This document shows, one piece after another, positions 1-10,812 of a stretch of 58,899 nt of DNA. The number at the start of each line of letters is the position of its first letter. The stretch's first letter is position 1. Below the pieces are notes generated by a model that worked only from the letters and a program-made list of their open reading frames with translations, was not told the origin of the DNA and made no database searches. Made by a program: the position numbers and the translations under genes. The stretch comes from a virus (taxonomy: Duplodnaviria > Caudoviricetes): IMG/VR virus record IMGVR_UViG_3300025083_000028, positions 1 through 58,899 of that record. One strand, 5' to 3'.

Positions 1-555
1 AATGGCGTTGTAGAGCAATTTGTAACTACTAATAGTAATTTACATCAAGGTAAATTTAGTAGAGTTGGTGGTGGGGCTGGAGTTGCTTTTAGCTCTCTTT
101 CTTCTTTAAAAGTATCTTTACATAATTTAAATAACATTGATGTATCTCAATTTTTTGATCATCTAGTAGGACAAGGGTTTAAAATATCAAATGTAGATAA
201 TTTAAATGAATTTGGTCAATATGTTTTATTAAGTGTTACTAAAGCAAATGAAGGTGATACTTTCGCTACTTTTTCACTTAGCTATTTAAACGGTAACGGA
301 AACTTAAAAGATAATAAATATTATTTACTTAATTTAGATAACACCGGAAGAACAGATAAAAATTTTACATCACCAAATATAAATTTTCAAGCAGGTGTTG
401 CTGCTCCAATAGCACATAACTTATCTAAATTTCCTGCGGTAACAACTGTAGATTCAGCAGGATCTCATATAGTGGGTGAAGTACAACATATAGATAATAA
501 CAATTTAACATTAACATTTAAAGCCTCATTTCAAGGTAAAGTATACATAAACTAA
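1..555 (+). CDS. 5'-truncated virion/tail structural protein
   Basis: Open frame 1 from base 1 to TAA at 553-555 (not in ORF track). C-terminus IAHNLSKFPAVTTVDSAG...LTLTF resembles the THNL beta-domain that ends the next gene. Confidence 0.7.
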   Translation, partial: NGVVEQFVTTNSNLHQGKFSRVGGGAGVAFSSLSSLKVSLHNLNNIDVSQFFDHLVGQGFKISNVDNLNEFGQYVLLSVTKANEGDTFATFSLSYLNGNGNLKDNKYYLLNLDNTGRTDKNFTSPNINFQAGVAAPIAHNLSKFPAVTTVDSAGSHIVGEVQHIDNNNLTLTFKASFQGKVYIN

Positions 556-561
556 TAAACT

Positions 562-1551
562 ATGGCACTCTCATATTTAACAGACATTAATTTAAACAAA
601 AACGAATTACAAAATGCAGTAATTCAGAAAGTAGGTACTGATCCCTCCTCGGGATTAACCGAAGGTTATATAATATATAATACAGCAGCGCATCAACTGA
701 AAGTATATAGCGAAAAGCAAATAAGTGGTAGTGATGAAGGTTGGATAAATGTTGGAGGCGATATAACAGGAGTTGATATAACAGCTGGAACTGGATTATC
801 AGGAACAGTCAGTACAACATCAGGTCAACACACTCAAACTATTGATTTAGCAAATACAGCAGTAACAGCGGGATCATATGGTTCAGCTACTGCAATACCA
901 ACTTTTACAGTAGATGCACAAGGTAGATTAACGGCAGCTGGTGAAGCGAGTATAACTACTGTTCTTACAATAGATGGCGATTCTACAACTGAAGATGTAG
1001 CATTAGCTACTGATGATCTTAAAATAATTGGTACATCAAATGAAATAGAAACAGCAGTAACTAAATCTGGCACAGATGTTTCATTAACAATAGGTCTTCC
1101 AGACGATGTTACAATTGGAAACGATTTAACAGTACTTGGAGATTTACAAGTTACAGGAACAACAACAACTAACAATGTAGAAACAGTAAGTACATCAAAT
1201 GGTATTATATTTGAAGGTACTGTTGCAGATGCTCACGAAGGTACTTTATTAGCTGGCGCTTTAACTGCAGATGTTACATATACATTACCGGATAAAACAG
1301 GTACTGTAGCAATGACAAGTGATATTACTGATAGGTTCTACGCTACATCTATAGGTGACGGATCTGCTACTTCTTACACTGTAACACACAATTTAGGTTC
1401 TCAAGATGTAATAGTACAATTATATGATTCAAGTTCATTAGATACAGTCTTTGCGGATGTGGTTAGAACATCTACCTCTGTTGTAACAATTGATTTTGCG
1501 GCTGCACCAACTTCAAACGATATAAGAGTACTGGTTACAAAGATTGCATAA
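562..1551 (+). CDS. Tail/virion structural protein (fibre-associated)
   Basis: 329 aa, Thr/Gly-rich; VTAGSYGSATAIPTFTVDAQGRLTAA fibre-shaft motif; C-terminal IGDGSATSYTVTHNLG domain. Confidence 0.7.
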   Translation: MALSYLTDINLNKNELQNAVIQKVGTDPSSGLTEGYIIYNTAAHQLKVYSEKQISGSDEGWINVGGDITGVDITAGTGLSGTVSTTSGQHTQTIDLANTAVTAGSYGSATAIPTFTVDAQGRLTAAGEASITTVLTIDGDSTTEDVALATDDLKIIGTSNEIETAVTKSGTDVSLTIGLPDDVTIGNDLTVLGDLQVTGTTTTNNVETVSTSNGIIFEGTVADAHEGTLLAGALTADVTYTLPDKTGTVAMTSDITDRFYATSIGDGSATSYTVTHNLGSQDVIVQLYDSSSLDTVFADVVRTSTSVVTIDFAAAPTSNDIRVLVTKIA

Positions 1552-1566
1552 TATTAAATAAAATTC

Positions 1567-4500
1567 ATGGCTAAGAAGTTTTTAACTGACATAAACATAG
1601 CCGCAGGAGTATATGATTCTAGTGGAGACATAGGAAACAGTGGACAAGTATTGTCATCGACTGGGTCTGGTGTCAATTGGATAAATACTACTACTTCGGC
1701 AAGTATAATTTACCAAGACGGTTTTACTGGTGATGGTAGCACAACTGCTTTCACATTAGCCAATAGTCTAGACAACGAAAACAAAACACAAGTATATATA
1801 GAAGGTGTATACCAACATAAAGATAACTATTCTTTAAATGGGGCTACACTTACTTTTAGTTCTGCACCACCCGACACTTCTGATATAGAAGTTATATCTT
1901 TTGGTAGTGTTACAGCTGCTGATGATATTTTATATGATGATGATTTTACATCTGCTGGTTTAATGACAACAGATGGATCAGGTGTGTATAGCATAACGAC
2001 AAACAACTCTTCAAACTGGAATACAGCTTACACACATTCTCAAGCTGCTCACGCTCCTGCAAACGCAGAACAAAATGTACAGTCCGATTGGACAGCTACA
2101 TCAGGCGATTCTTTCATTCAAAACAAACCTACGATTCCAAGTGGTAATCAGATTATAGATTGGACAGCGGATCAAGGATCAACTGAGATACATTCCGGTA
2201 ACTACATTAATACAACTTATACAGTTGGTGATGGTGGTTTAACTCAAAACAATTTTACAAACGCTTTAAAAACAAAGCTAGATGGTATTGAAGCTAGTGC
2301 TGATGTAACAGATACAGCAAATGTAACTGCCGCTGGTGCTTTAATGGATTCTGAATTAACAGATTTAGCTGGTGTTAAAGCTGTAACAATATCTGATTTA
2401 GCTACAGAAACATATGTAGATACTGCAGTTAGTAATTTAGTTGATAGTTCACCCGCAACATTAGATACATTAAACGAGCTTGCTGCAGCGTTAGGTGACG
2501 ACCCTAATTTTGCTACAACTACAGCTACAAGTATTGGAACAAAGCTACCATTAGCTGGCGGAACATTAACAGGGGATCTCAATATGGTCCAAACCTCTGG
2601 CAACAATTTAATTTATATTAATAGTTCTGGCGGTGGTGCTCCTGTTATATACCTAGAGGATTCAACCGTTAAATGGGGACAATTTGTTTCATCTGGAAGT
2701 TTTTATATTAAAAATGAAACCACAGCCGTAGATGTCTTAACATTAAGTGGTAGTAACGCAACTTTTGGAGGCAATATAAACACAACTGGACAATTCGTAA
2801 CTACTTTAGCTAATGGTTTTAGAGTTGATAGCGGGGGTTATGCAAGAATAGAGTTAGATTCAAATTCTAATTGGTCATATATAAGATACCAAAACAATAG
2901 CACTGTTTCATGGGATGTCGCTGTTTATCAAGGCGGGCAGTATGAATTAAGGCCAGGAGGTTCAGGCACTAATTCTTGGACTTATAGTTCAGCTGGGCAT
3001 GCTACGGCGGGGGCGAGCTCAAGAGCGCCTATCTTTTATGATTCAAACGATACAAATTATTATTTAGATCCCAATGCGCAATCTGGAGCCACAAGTTTTT
3101 ATACTAAAGGCGATATTGAACAAACAAACATAGCTAATAGCACTTGGCCATATTTATTTACAACGAGTGGTGCAAGTAACAGCAACGCTTCAGGGTTTTG
3201 GACTAGTAATGTTGGTTACCCAGATATGAGATTAAGAAGAAACAATTCAACAGTAAGAGCGTTGATATCTTCTTGGGAACGTTCTTATACATCAAATGGA
3301 TTTAACGATTCTAGTGATATGAGAGCCCCGCTATTCTATGATTTAAACGATACAAATTATTATCTTGATCCAGCATTAACAGGTAAATCTTTAAAAATTG
3401 CTGGTGGTATATCAACTAATGTTGCTAATGGTGATGTTATTATAAAACACACTGTATCAGAAGGGAATTCTTGGTTGTTTCAAGAAAATGCAGCTAACTG
3501 GGGGTTATTTTGGTTAAATGAAAGCGCTAATGGCACTGCTTTTGGCAGCTACACTACTGTTGGAGCAGAATTTATTGGGTTTAGAAATGGTAGTCAAACA
3601 GGATTTAAAAACCCTTCGGCTTGGACAGGCATTAATAGTGCCGCTTATGCTGGTTGGTTACTTTCAAATTATAGTGGATATTTTTGGACAGCATCTACAC
3701 AATATTCCGAAACGGATATGCGAGCGCCTATATTCTATGACGCAAATAACACATCTTATTATGTTGATCCTGCCTCTACTAGTATTTTAAATAGAGTAGA
3801 AATTAATGACAATTTGGATGTAAGAGCCCAACTCGGAACTTGGATTACATCTGATGTAATGGGTGATGCCATTGGTTGGAACAGTAGTTATGGGGTTTAC
3901 ATAGGATCAAATGTTGGGGGCACACACTATTTAAGAGGTAATGGTACATTCACAACCGGTGGTAACACATATAATTTATGGCACAGTGGTAATGACACTG
4001 GTTTATTAGTTAAAGGCACAGCTATATTCGCTAATGCAGTAGCAGACGATACGTCAGGCCCTTTGAATTTTAATAGAAGTACTGGCTGGGACGAATATAT
4101 AATAAAGCACGGAACTAGCAAAGGAATGTTTGGTAAAAAAGGGATAGGCTGGCACATGAATAGTGCTAATTCATTCCATATTTTATCAACTGGTTGGACG
4201 GCTAATTTTGGTGTAGAGCATGGTGGATCATGTAGAGCAGCTGGTGATTTTAGAGCGCCAATATTTTATGATTCAGGGAATACTGGATTTTATATAAATG
4301 CTGATAGCACAAGTAATTTGTATAATCTTGAATTAAGCGGGGCAAAACATACATATCTATATATAACCCCAGGAAACGGATATGAAGCAATGGTTAGGTT
4401 TAATGGTGGACAAGGTAGCACTTGGTACGTTGGGAAGAGAACAACTACACAGTTGCTGGGAACGCAAGATGCGTGTCATTTTTATTCACAAACCGCAGGC

Positions 4501-5364
4501 CAAACTGTTGGCGGGTACAGCACCACAGGTCACCATTATGCGGTAAGTTCGTCTAGGGCACCAATATTTTACGATCAAAATAATACTGGTTATTACACAA
4601 ATCCAGCAAGTACTAGCGTTTTAAACGGTTTGCAATTTGGGTTTACTCAGCACGGTTCTGCTAATAATATAAGAATGGGGAATAGCACTACCATGAATGC
4701 TATTTCTTCTGGTACTAATAACGCAGCTTTTGGTGTTGAAGCATTAGGTAATTGTAGCAGTGGTAGCAGAAACTTTGCGTATGGTTATGCGGCATTGTTT
4801 AGTGTAAGTAGTGGCGGAAGTAATATCGCTATGGGTGATGCTTGTGGCTACAATGTAACTTCTGGTAGTAACAACTTATTGTTTGGTCAAAACGCTGGTA
4901 GAACAGGTTATCAGTCACCTTATCAGTCTATAGCTGGTGTGACAAGCGGCAGCAACCAAATACACATGGGTAACGAATCCCATAGTACAGCAAGAATACA
5001 GATAAGTTGGACTGTAAATTCAGATGCAAGAGACAAGACAGATGTAACACCAATAAATGTAGGTTTAGATTTTGTTAAAGATTTAAATCCAGTAACATTC
5101 AGATGGGATAAAAGATCTTCTTATGAAGATAGAACTCCAACAGGTGAAAACAAATTAGAAGAGTTAACGTTAGGATTTTTAGCACAAGAGGTTGAGGAAG
5201 TAGAAAAATCTTACGGTTATGATGTAGCAAATAAAACAAATTTAGTTGTAGATAGGGATGTTGAGCAAGACCATTTTGGAATAACTTATGAAAAAATGAT
5301 TCCTATTTTAACTAAAGCAATACAAGAATTAGAAGCAAGAGTAAAAGAATTAGAAAATAATTAA
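1567..5364 (+). CDS. Long tail fibre/receptor-binding protein with C-terminal intramolecular chaperone (Peptidase_S74-like)
   Basis: 1265 aa; SPATLDTLNELAAALGDDPNFATT fibre motif; five RAPxFYD repeats; SDARDKTDV...LNPVTFRW...GFLAQEV...LTKAIQEL chaperone signature. Confidence 0.85.
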   Translation: MAKKFLTDINIAAGVYDSSGDIGNSGQVLSSTGSGVNWINTTTSASIIYQDGFTGDGSTTAFTLANSLDNENKTQVYIEGVYQHKDNYSLNGATLTFSSAPPDTSDIEVISFGSVTAADDILYDDDFTSAGLMTTDGSGVYSITTNNSSNWNTAYTHSQAAHAPANAEQNVQSDWTATSGDSFIQNKPTIPSGNQIIDWTADQGSTEIHSGNYINTTYTVGDGGLTQNNFTNALKTKLDGIEASADVTDTANVTAAGALMDSELTDLAGVKAVTISDLATETYVDTAVSNLVDSSPATLDTLNELAAALGDDPNFATTTATSIGTKLPLAGGTLTGDLNMVQTSGNNLIYINSSGGGAPVIYLEDSTVKWGQFVSSGSFYIKNETTAVDVLTLSGSNATFGGNINTTGQFVTTLANGFRVDSGGYARIELDSNSNWSYIRYQNNSTVSWDVAVYQGGQYELRPGGSGTNSWTYSSAGHATAGASSRAPIFYDSNDTNYYLDPNAQSGATSFYTKGDIEQTNIANSTWPYLFTTSGASNSNASGFWTSNVGYPDMRLRRNNSTVRALISSWERSYTSNGFNDSSDMRAPLFYDLNDTNYYLDPALTGKSLKIAGGISTNVANGDVIIKHTVSEGNSWLFQENAANWGLFWLNESANGTAFGSYTTVGAEFIGFRNGSQTGFKNPSAWTGINSAAYAGWLLSNYSGYFWTASTQYSETDMRAPIFYDANNTSYYVDPASTSILNRVEINDNLDVRAQLGTWITSDVMGDAIGWNSSYGVYIGSNVGGTHYLRGNGTFTTGGNTYNLWHSGNDTGLLVKGTAIFANAVADDTSGPLNFNRSTGWDEYIIKHGTSKGMFGKKGIGWHMNSANSFHILSTGWTANFGVEHGGSCRAAGDFRAPIFYDSGNTGFYINADSTSNLYNLELSGAKHTYLYITPGNGYEAMVRFNGGQGSTWYVGKRTTTQLLGTQDACHFYSQTAGQTVGGYSTTGHHYAVSSSRAPIFYDQNNTGYYTNPASTSVLNGLQFGFTQHGSANNIRMGNSTTMNAISSGTNNAAFGVEALGNCSSGSRNFAYGYAALFSVSSGGSNIAMGDACGYNVTSGSNNLLFGQNAGRTGYQSPYQSIAGVTSGSNQIHMGNESHSTARIQISWTVNSDARDKTDVTPINVGLDFVKDLNPVTFRWDKRSSYEDRTPTGENKLEELTLGFLAQEVEEVEKSYGYDVANKTNLVVDRDVEQDHFGITYEKMIPILTKAIQELEARVKELENN
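3022..4605 (+). repeat. Five dispersed RAP(I/L)FYDxxxTxYYxDP junction repeats in tail fibre 1
   Basis: Copies start at 3022, 3322, 3721, 4252 and 4555, separated by unrelated modules. Confidence 0.85.
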
Positions 5365-5366
5365 AT

Positions 5367-8300
5367 ATGGCATTAACTAAAGTATCAGGTGATTTTATAG
5401 ATGCGGGTTCGATAACCCAGGGACATTTACATTCAAGTCACGGTATAACTACAACTCACATAGCCGAAGGTGATAAATTGTTTTTCACTAATGCTAGAGT
5501 AGATTCTAGAATAGGTAGTTTAAGTTCTTCTGATTTGTCAGAGGGTACTAATCTATATTATACTGATGCAAGAGCAGATGCTAGAATAGCAGCAGCAGAC
5601 ACAGGAGACTTATCTGAAGGAACTAATTTATATTATACGCAAGCAAGGTTTAATAGCGCTTTTACAGCTAAATCAACTAGTGATTTAAGCGAAGGTACTA
5701 ATCTTTATTACACAGATGCTAGGGCTGATGCTAGAATAACCGCAGCAGATACAGATTCACTATCAGAAGGTTCAACGAACTTATATTATACAGATGCAAG
5801 AGCAGACGCAAGAGTTGCTTTGATAGTGGATTCTTCACCTGATGCCTTAAATACTTTAAATGAATTAGCGGCTGCATTAAACGATGATGCAGATTTCAGC
5901 ACAACAATTACAACTAGCATTGGATTAAAAGCACCTAAAGCTTCGCCATCATTTACTGGAAACTCAACTTTTACGGGTAGTGTTTTAATAAATTCCGATG
6001 CTGGGTTAACCATACACACTACCACAAATGGAGAAAATGCTAAAATTGATTTTAGTTCCCATGTTCCAGGCCACACACAAAAAGGAACTTTTGCTTACAA
6101 TCACGCTGATACTCTTTCTTATGGAAGTAATGAAAGCTTTGTAATTAGTGGTACTGAAAGTACAATGACAATACTTGCTGATGGTAAGTTAATGTATAAC
6201 GAAGGTATTTATTCTAAACCCGCTTCAGGAACTGGTGCAGGAACAAGAAAAGATAGCAATTGGGATACAGCTTATGGCTGGGGCAATCATGCTAGCGCAG
6301 GATATTTAACATCCCTGCCCTCTCATACTCATGATGACAGGTATTATACTGAGTCTGAAATACAAGCTTTTTTTAATAGAGGTTATTTATCTAACCATTC
6401 TGCTAGCGGCCTTACGGTCGGTTGGTATACAATCGCTACAAATACAGGGGATAGGGCATTGGGAGAATTCCAAATATGGGATACCGCGAGTGGTGATCAC
6501 CAATCTGTATTGTTTACTGCATCTCATCATTTTGGTATAAACACATCAAATGATATAACTGTTTTAGCAAACTCAAGATATAGCGGTACTAACTTTAGGT
6601 ATATAAGAATTAAAGAAGGCGGTACTTATGATGGTGCTGCTCTTCAAGTTTATATTGATGGAGCTAGTAACACTGTTTATGCAGCAATAGTCGGGGGTAA
6701 CGCACAAGAAAGCGGATGGGTATTAAAAGATTGGATTGCAGATGGAACTGACCCTGGCGATCTAACATCATACAGCTCTATGGTAGAAAGAACTATAGTT
6801 GACTTAGATGTTATAATAAATGGTGGTATAATGACTACTGGTCCAATTTATTCTGGTGGTCAAACAGCTCAATATAAAGTATTAACACAAGCTGATGAAG
6901 GTTCAGGCAATGGAATAGACGCAGACACTTTAGATGGCATTCAAGGTGCAAATTACCTAAGAAGTGATGTTGAAGATCAGGGTCATATGCTGAACCTAGG
7001 TGGTGAAATATCAGCAGGATCCGGCGCGAAGCTTCAAGTTCAAGGTTTTATGAGAACTGGCCCTATAATGATTGCGTCTGGCAATACTGGTGTAACAACT
7101 TTCAATAATACAAATGAGAAATGGTTAATGAATAATGCTGGAAGCATTTACATAGGTGATGGCACAAATTTTACTGATAGAATATTAACAACAGCAGACG
7201 AGGGGAGTTACATGACTTTATCAGGTAATCAAAGTATAACTGGAACAAAAACATTTAGCTCTGCCTCACTTGTAATATCGGGTAGTCACGGTACTATATC
7301 TTTTTTAGATAACAGTTCTAGTGCTGATGATTTTTATATTCATGTTAATAGTAATAATTTTTATGTTCTTGCAGATAGACAAGGAGGTAACGAGGTAGAC
7401 GCTGGTTATGAAGCTCCTCATCCATTGCAACTTGAAGCAGATACAAATACTGCATACACTTTTGGCAATAGAATATTAACTACAGCAGATGAAGGTTCTG
7501 GAAATGGTATTGACGCAGATACAGTGGATGGGTTGCAAGGCGGAAGCTTCCTTAGAAGCGATAGTGGCGATACTTTTACAGGTAAGCTTTCGGTTGCTAA
7601 CACAGGCGCACGAAGAGCGGGTATGTATGGTATATATGATTCTAATAAAACTGGACACATATGGTCAATGGGAACGGCATATCAAATACCCCAAGATGGT
7701 TCTGATTTTGGAAATTTATATGGGTTAGCTTACAAGCACACAAATAACTCTACTGGTGGAACTATGGCAAGTGGCCACCAAATGGTTTGGTGCTCTAATG
7801 GAACTCCTAAATCTGCTATAGGCACTAATATATGGACAGATGGAATAATAGATGCCGATGGGGCAACTTTTGGCGGAACTGTATCTATGAATGGCCAAGC
7901 TATATCAATGGGGAATGGTAATATTACTGGAATTAATCATATGACAATGAATGACCCTGGTGTTAATGAGGGTTTACAATGGACAGGCGGGAATGATTGG
8001 TACATACAAGAATGTCCTGACGCAATGACTAACGCTAGTGGTAATTTACAATTCAGCACGGGAACAACTAGAAGATTTACAATAAATACATCCGGGTATG
8101 TTTATGCAGAGAGGTATTATGATATGGGCTCTACCAGTTATTATCTAGACCCAGGGGGTACAAGTGTTTTAAATGCGGCAACATTTGCTGGGGATATAAC
8201 AGTTAATGGAAATCAAATTAGAACACTTGGAGGAAATGCAGATGTAAAATTTTCTGTATGGAGTGGAACAACCTATGGTATAGGAATGACTTCTGGAGTT

Positions 8301-9038
8301 ACATTGGGTAATTTAAATGATTATGCAATGACTTTTTGTATGAACAACGAAGCTGATAGAGGTTTCTGGTGGGGTTACAGTGGTCAAAGCAAAGGGGCTG
8401 GAGCAATGTCTTTAACAACTGGCGGTAAGTTATATGTTTCTAATCGTGTTACTGCTCCCGTATATTACGACACAAACACTACTTATTATGGTGATTTTGC
8501 TTCAACTAGTAATTTTAACGCCTTAAACATGGCGGGGAATTTACGTGTTGGTTCTTCAGGTACATCAAATATATATATGGGTGGAACATCTGGAAACTAC
8601 TTTAGATTCCATACAAATAACTCACATACGTATTTTGATGCAAACGTTGGGAATGTATATTGGAGACAAGGGTCAAGTACTAGATTTTACTTTTATATGT
8701 CAAATGCTAACATGACCATAAACGGTTCATTAACGCAAAATTCAGATGAAAGAGTAAAAGAAAACATAGTTGAAATACCGGATGCTATTGATAAAGTAAA
8801 AGCAATGAAGGGTGTTTACTATAATAGGACGGATTTTAATACAAGCGTAACTAAAGTTGGGGTATTAGCGCAAGATGTTGAAGCTGTGTTGCCTGAATTA
8901 ATAGTTGTAGCTCCGGACTCAGGATTAAAATCAGTGGCTTATGGAGAACTTACATCTGTATTGATAAACGCAATTAAAGAACAACAGACTATTATTGATG
9001 ATCTTAAGTCAAGACTTGAAACTTTAGAAAATCAGTAA
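5367..9038 (+). CDS. Second long tail fibre with C-terminal Peptidase_S74-like chaperone
   Basis: 1223 aa; DLSEGTNLYYT repeats; LNTLNELAAALNDD motif; EGSGNGIDADTLDG repeats; SDERVKENI...GVLAQDVEAVLPE...LINAIKEQ. Confidence 0.85.
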   Translation: MALTKVSGDFIDAGSITQGHLHSSHGITTTHIAEGDKLFFTNARVDSRIGSLSSSDLSEGTNLYYTDARADARIAAADTGDLSEGTNLYYTQARFNSAFTAKSTSDLSEGTNLYYTDARADARITAADTDSLSEGSTNLYYTDARADARVALIVDSSPDALNTLNELAAALNDDADFSTTITTSIGLKAPKASPSFTGNSTFTGSVLINSDAGLTIHTTTNGENAKIDFSSHVPGHTQKGTFAYNHADTLSYGSNESFVISGTESTMTILADGKLMYNEGIYSKPASGTGAGTRKDSNWDTAYGWGNHASAGYLTSLPSHTHDDRYYTESEIQAFFNRGYLSNHSASGLTVGWYTIATNTGDRALGEFQIWDTASGDHQSVLFTASHHFGINTSNDITVLANSRYSGTNFRYIRIKEGGTYDGAALQVYIDGASNTVYAAIVGGNAQESGWVLKDWIADGTDPGDLTSYSSMVERTIVDLDVIINGGIMTTGPIYSGGQTAQYKVLTQADEGSGNGIDADTLDGIQGANYLRSDVEDQGHMLNLGGEISAGSGAKLQVQGFMRTGPIMIASGNTGVTTFNNTNEKWLMNNAGSIYIGDGTNFTDRILTTADEGSYMTLSGNQSITGTKTFSSASLVISGSHGTISFLDNSSSADDFYIHVNSNNFYVLADRQGGNEVDAGYEAPHPLQLEADTNTAYTFGNRILTTADEGSGNGIDADTVDGLQGGSFLRSDSGDTFTGKLSVANTGARRAGMYGIYDSNKTGHIWSMGTAYQIPQDGSDFGNLYGLAYKHTNNSTGGTMASGHQMVWCSNGTPKSAIGTNIWTDGIIDADGATFGGTVSMNGQAISMGNGNITGINHMTMNDPGVNEGLQWTGGNDWYIQECPDAMTNASGNLQFSTGTTRRFTINTSGYVYAERYYDMGSTSYYLDPGGTSVLNAATFAGDITVNGNQIRTLGGNADVKFSVWSGTTYGIGMTSGVTLGNLNDYAMTFCMNNEADRGFWWGYSGQSKGAGAMSLTTGGKLYVSNRVTAPVYYDTNTTYYGDFASTSNFNALNMAGNLRVGSSGTSNIYMGGTSGNYFRFHTNNSHTYFDANVGNVYWRQGSSTRFYFYMSNANMTINGSLTQNSDERVKENIVEIPDAIDKVKAMKGVYYNRTDFNTSVTKVGVLAQDVEAVLPELIVVAPDSGLKSVAYGELTSVLINAIKEQQTIIDDLKSRLETLENQ
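5455..5820 (+). repeat. Tandem peptide repeats (S/D)LSEG(S)TNLYYTxAR in tail fibre 2
   Basis: Four clear copies plus one degenerate copy (IAEGDKLFFTNAR) at about 24-25 aa periodicity. Confidence 0.85.
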
Positions 9039-9082
9039 AACAAGTGATAATAAATTATAACACAAATAATTAAAACTAAATT

Positions 9083-9454
9083 ATGGCAATTACTTACACA
9101 TGGGCAATCACGGCTATGAAAAAAGCACCCAGTCTCGACGGTTTGTCGGATGTGATTACACACGTAAATTTTAAATACGTAGGAACTGATGATGAAAATG
9201 ATTCCGAAGGGAATCCTTACACTGCAGAATTTTCAGGAGCGTGCCCTATAGGAGCACCTAACTCTGAAACTTTTACTGCTTTGTCTTCAGTTACAGAAGA
9301 AAATGTTATTGAGTGGGCTCAAGCTAATCACCCAGTTGATCACATGCAAGAAGTTATAACAAAAAATATTAGCGAACAAAAAATACCAACAAACGAAGAC
9401 GTTTCTGAACTGCCTTGGGCTCCAGCTCAAGAAGAAGCAGAGCCAGAAGCTTAA
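9083..9454 (+). CDS. Tail-fibre-associated small protein (possible assembly chaperone)
   Basis: 123 aa directly after the fibres; MAITYTWAI...LPW pattern common downstream of phage fibres. Confidence 0.5.
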   Translation: MAITYTWAITAMKKAPSLDGLSDVITHVNFKYVGTDDENDSEGNPYTAEFSGACPIGAPNSETFTALSSVTEENVIEWAQANHPVDHMQEVITKNISEQKIPTNEDVSELPWAPAQEEAEPEA

Positions 9455-9490
9455 AATTAAATTAAGTTAAATTAAAATTAGATTAAAATT

Positions 9491-9775
9491 ATGGAAAACC
9501 AAGAAAACAAAATTAGCCAAGAACAATTAGAGGAACTACAAGGATTTGTAGGGAAGCTTAATAATGCTGCTTCTCAAATTGGAAACCTAGAATTACAAAA
9601 ACACCAGCTTAACCACGCTGCGGCAGAAGTCCAACAAGACTTGAACAAGTTGCAAGCTAAGCTAGAAGAAAAGTACGGTAAAATTAAAATTGATATTCAA
9701 ACTGGAAACTACGAACTTATCGAAGAAGAAAGCGGGGAACAAGTAGTTGGACCAGAAGTATTAAAGAAAGCATAG
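9491..9775 (+). CDS. Coiled-coil hypothetical protein
   Basis: 94 aa, Q/E/L-rich heptads, LEEKYGKIKIDIQTG end. Confidence 0.6.
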   Translation: MENQENKISQEQLEELQGFVGKLNNAASQIGNLELQKHQLNHAAAEVQQDLNKLQAKLEEKYGKIKIDIQTGNYELIEEESGEQVVGPEVLKKA

Positions 9776-9777
9776 TA

Positions 9778-9996
9778 ATGTCTTTGGTAAGAAAAATTAG
9801 TATAGGTAGAGACTATAAAAACGACGCTATGCACTATGCAGTTGGCCAAGAAGTATATGGCGGCCATAAAATATGCAATATAATAGAGGAGTCTGGCAAG
9901 TTTTCTATTTTCATACAAAAAGGGAAAGAAGTGTTGCCGTGGAAAGACTTTAATAAAAATATGGCTATAGCTGTAGAATACAATTTAGAATATTAA
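9778..9996 (+). CDS. Hypothetical protein
   Basis: 72 aa, translationally coupled to neighbours. Confidence 0.65.
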   Translation: MSLVRKISIGRDYKNDAMHYAVGQEVYGGHKICNIIEESGKFSIFIQKGKEVLPWKDFNKNMAIAVEYNLEY

Positions 9997-10589
9997 TGCA
10001 AAGTTTATTTGATTTTATTATAAAACCAAAAAACAAAAGATACGATAATAAAAAATATATAGATGGTCAAGAGCTTTTAGTTAATACTGAAATCTCTGAT
10101 CATCGATATGTTAGTCGTATTGGAATAGTTTTAGGAGTGCCAAAACTTGAAGAAACAGAAATACAAATTGGGGACGAAGTTATCGTGCACCATAATGTAT
10201 TTAGAAGATGGTACGATCAACATGGTAAAGAACGAAATACCCGAAGTCATTATAAAGAAGATTTATATTTTGTAAAATCAGATCAAATATACTTATATAA
10301 ACGAAATAACGAATGGAATGCTCCTAAAGGCTTTTGCTTCGTTAAACCAATCCAATCTACTAATATATTAAATAACGAAAAAGAACAAGCCCTAAGGGGT
10401 ATTATAAAATATGTTGACAAAGACATTAGCAGTTTAATAGAAAAAGAAGATTTAATTGGATTTACGCCAAGCAGTGAATATGAATTCATTGTAGACAGTG
10501 AAAGAATGTACAGAGTACTAACTAATTCAATATCTATTAAATATGAACGTCAAGGAAACGAAAAAGAATATAATCCAAGCTGGTTATGA
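9996..10589 (+). CDS. GroES-like (co-chaperonin-fold) protein
   Basis: FIIKP...GIVLGVP...IQIGDEVIVHHNVF followed by a second FVKP...GIIKY...LIGF unit, as in GroES-like phage proteins. Confidence 0.5.
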   Translation: MQSLFDFIIKPKNKRYDNKKYIDGQELLVNTEISDHRYVSRIGIVLGVPKLEETEIQIGDEVIVHHNVFRRWYDQHGKERNTRSHYKEDLYFVKSDQIYLYKRNNEWNAPKGFCFVKPIQSTNILNNEKEQALRGIIKYVDKDISSLIEKEDLIGFTPSSEYEFIVDSERMYRVLTNSISIKYERQGNEKEYNPSWL

Positions 10590-10812
10590 TGCAGTCAAAG
10601 AATTGGTTAAGGTTGCTAAAGAACCTATCGTTGAAACTGATGATGACATTTCAGCCGATAGACTCAAGAACGCTGCAGCCACTAAAAAGCTCGCAATATT
10701 CGATGCATTTGAGATCCTAAATAGGATTGAAGAAGAAAAAGGTTTGTTAGAAAATAAACCTAAAGAAAAAGAAGATACTTTTAAAGGGTTTGCCGAAAGA
10801 AGATCTAAGTGA
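10543..10812 (+). CDS. Putative terminase small subunit
   Basis: 89 aa, helical, overlaps the large-terminase start; call is positional. Confidence 0.45.
   Translation: MNVKETKKNIIQAGYDAVKELVKVAKEPIVETDDDISADRLKNAAATKKLAIFDAFEILNRIEEEKGLLENKPKEKEDTFKGFAERRSK

Noticed and set aside
1567-9038. Diversity-generating retroelement or invertible tail-fibre switch
   Set aside because: No reverse transcriptase, no adenine-specific TR/VR pair, no invertase and no inverted cassettes seen
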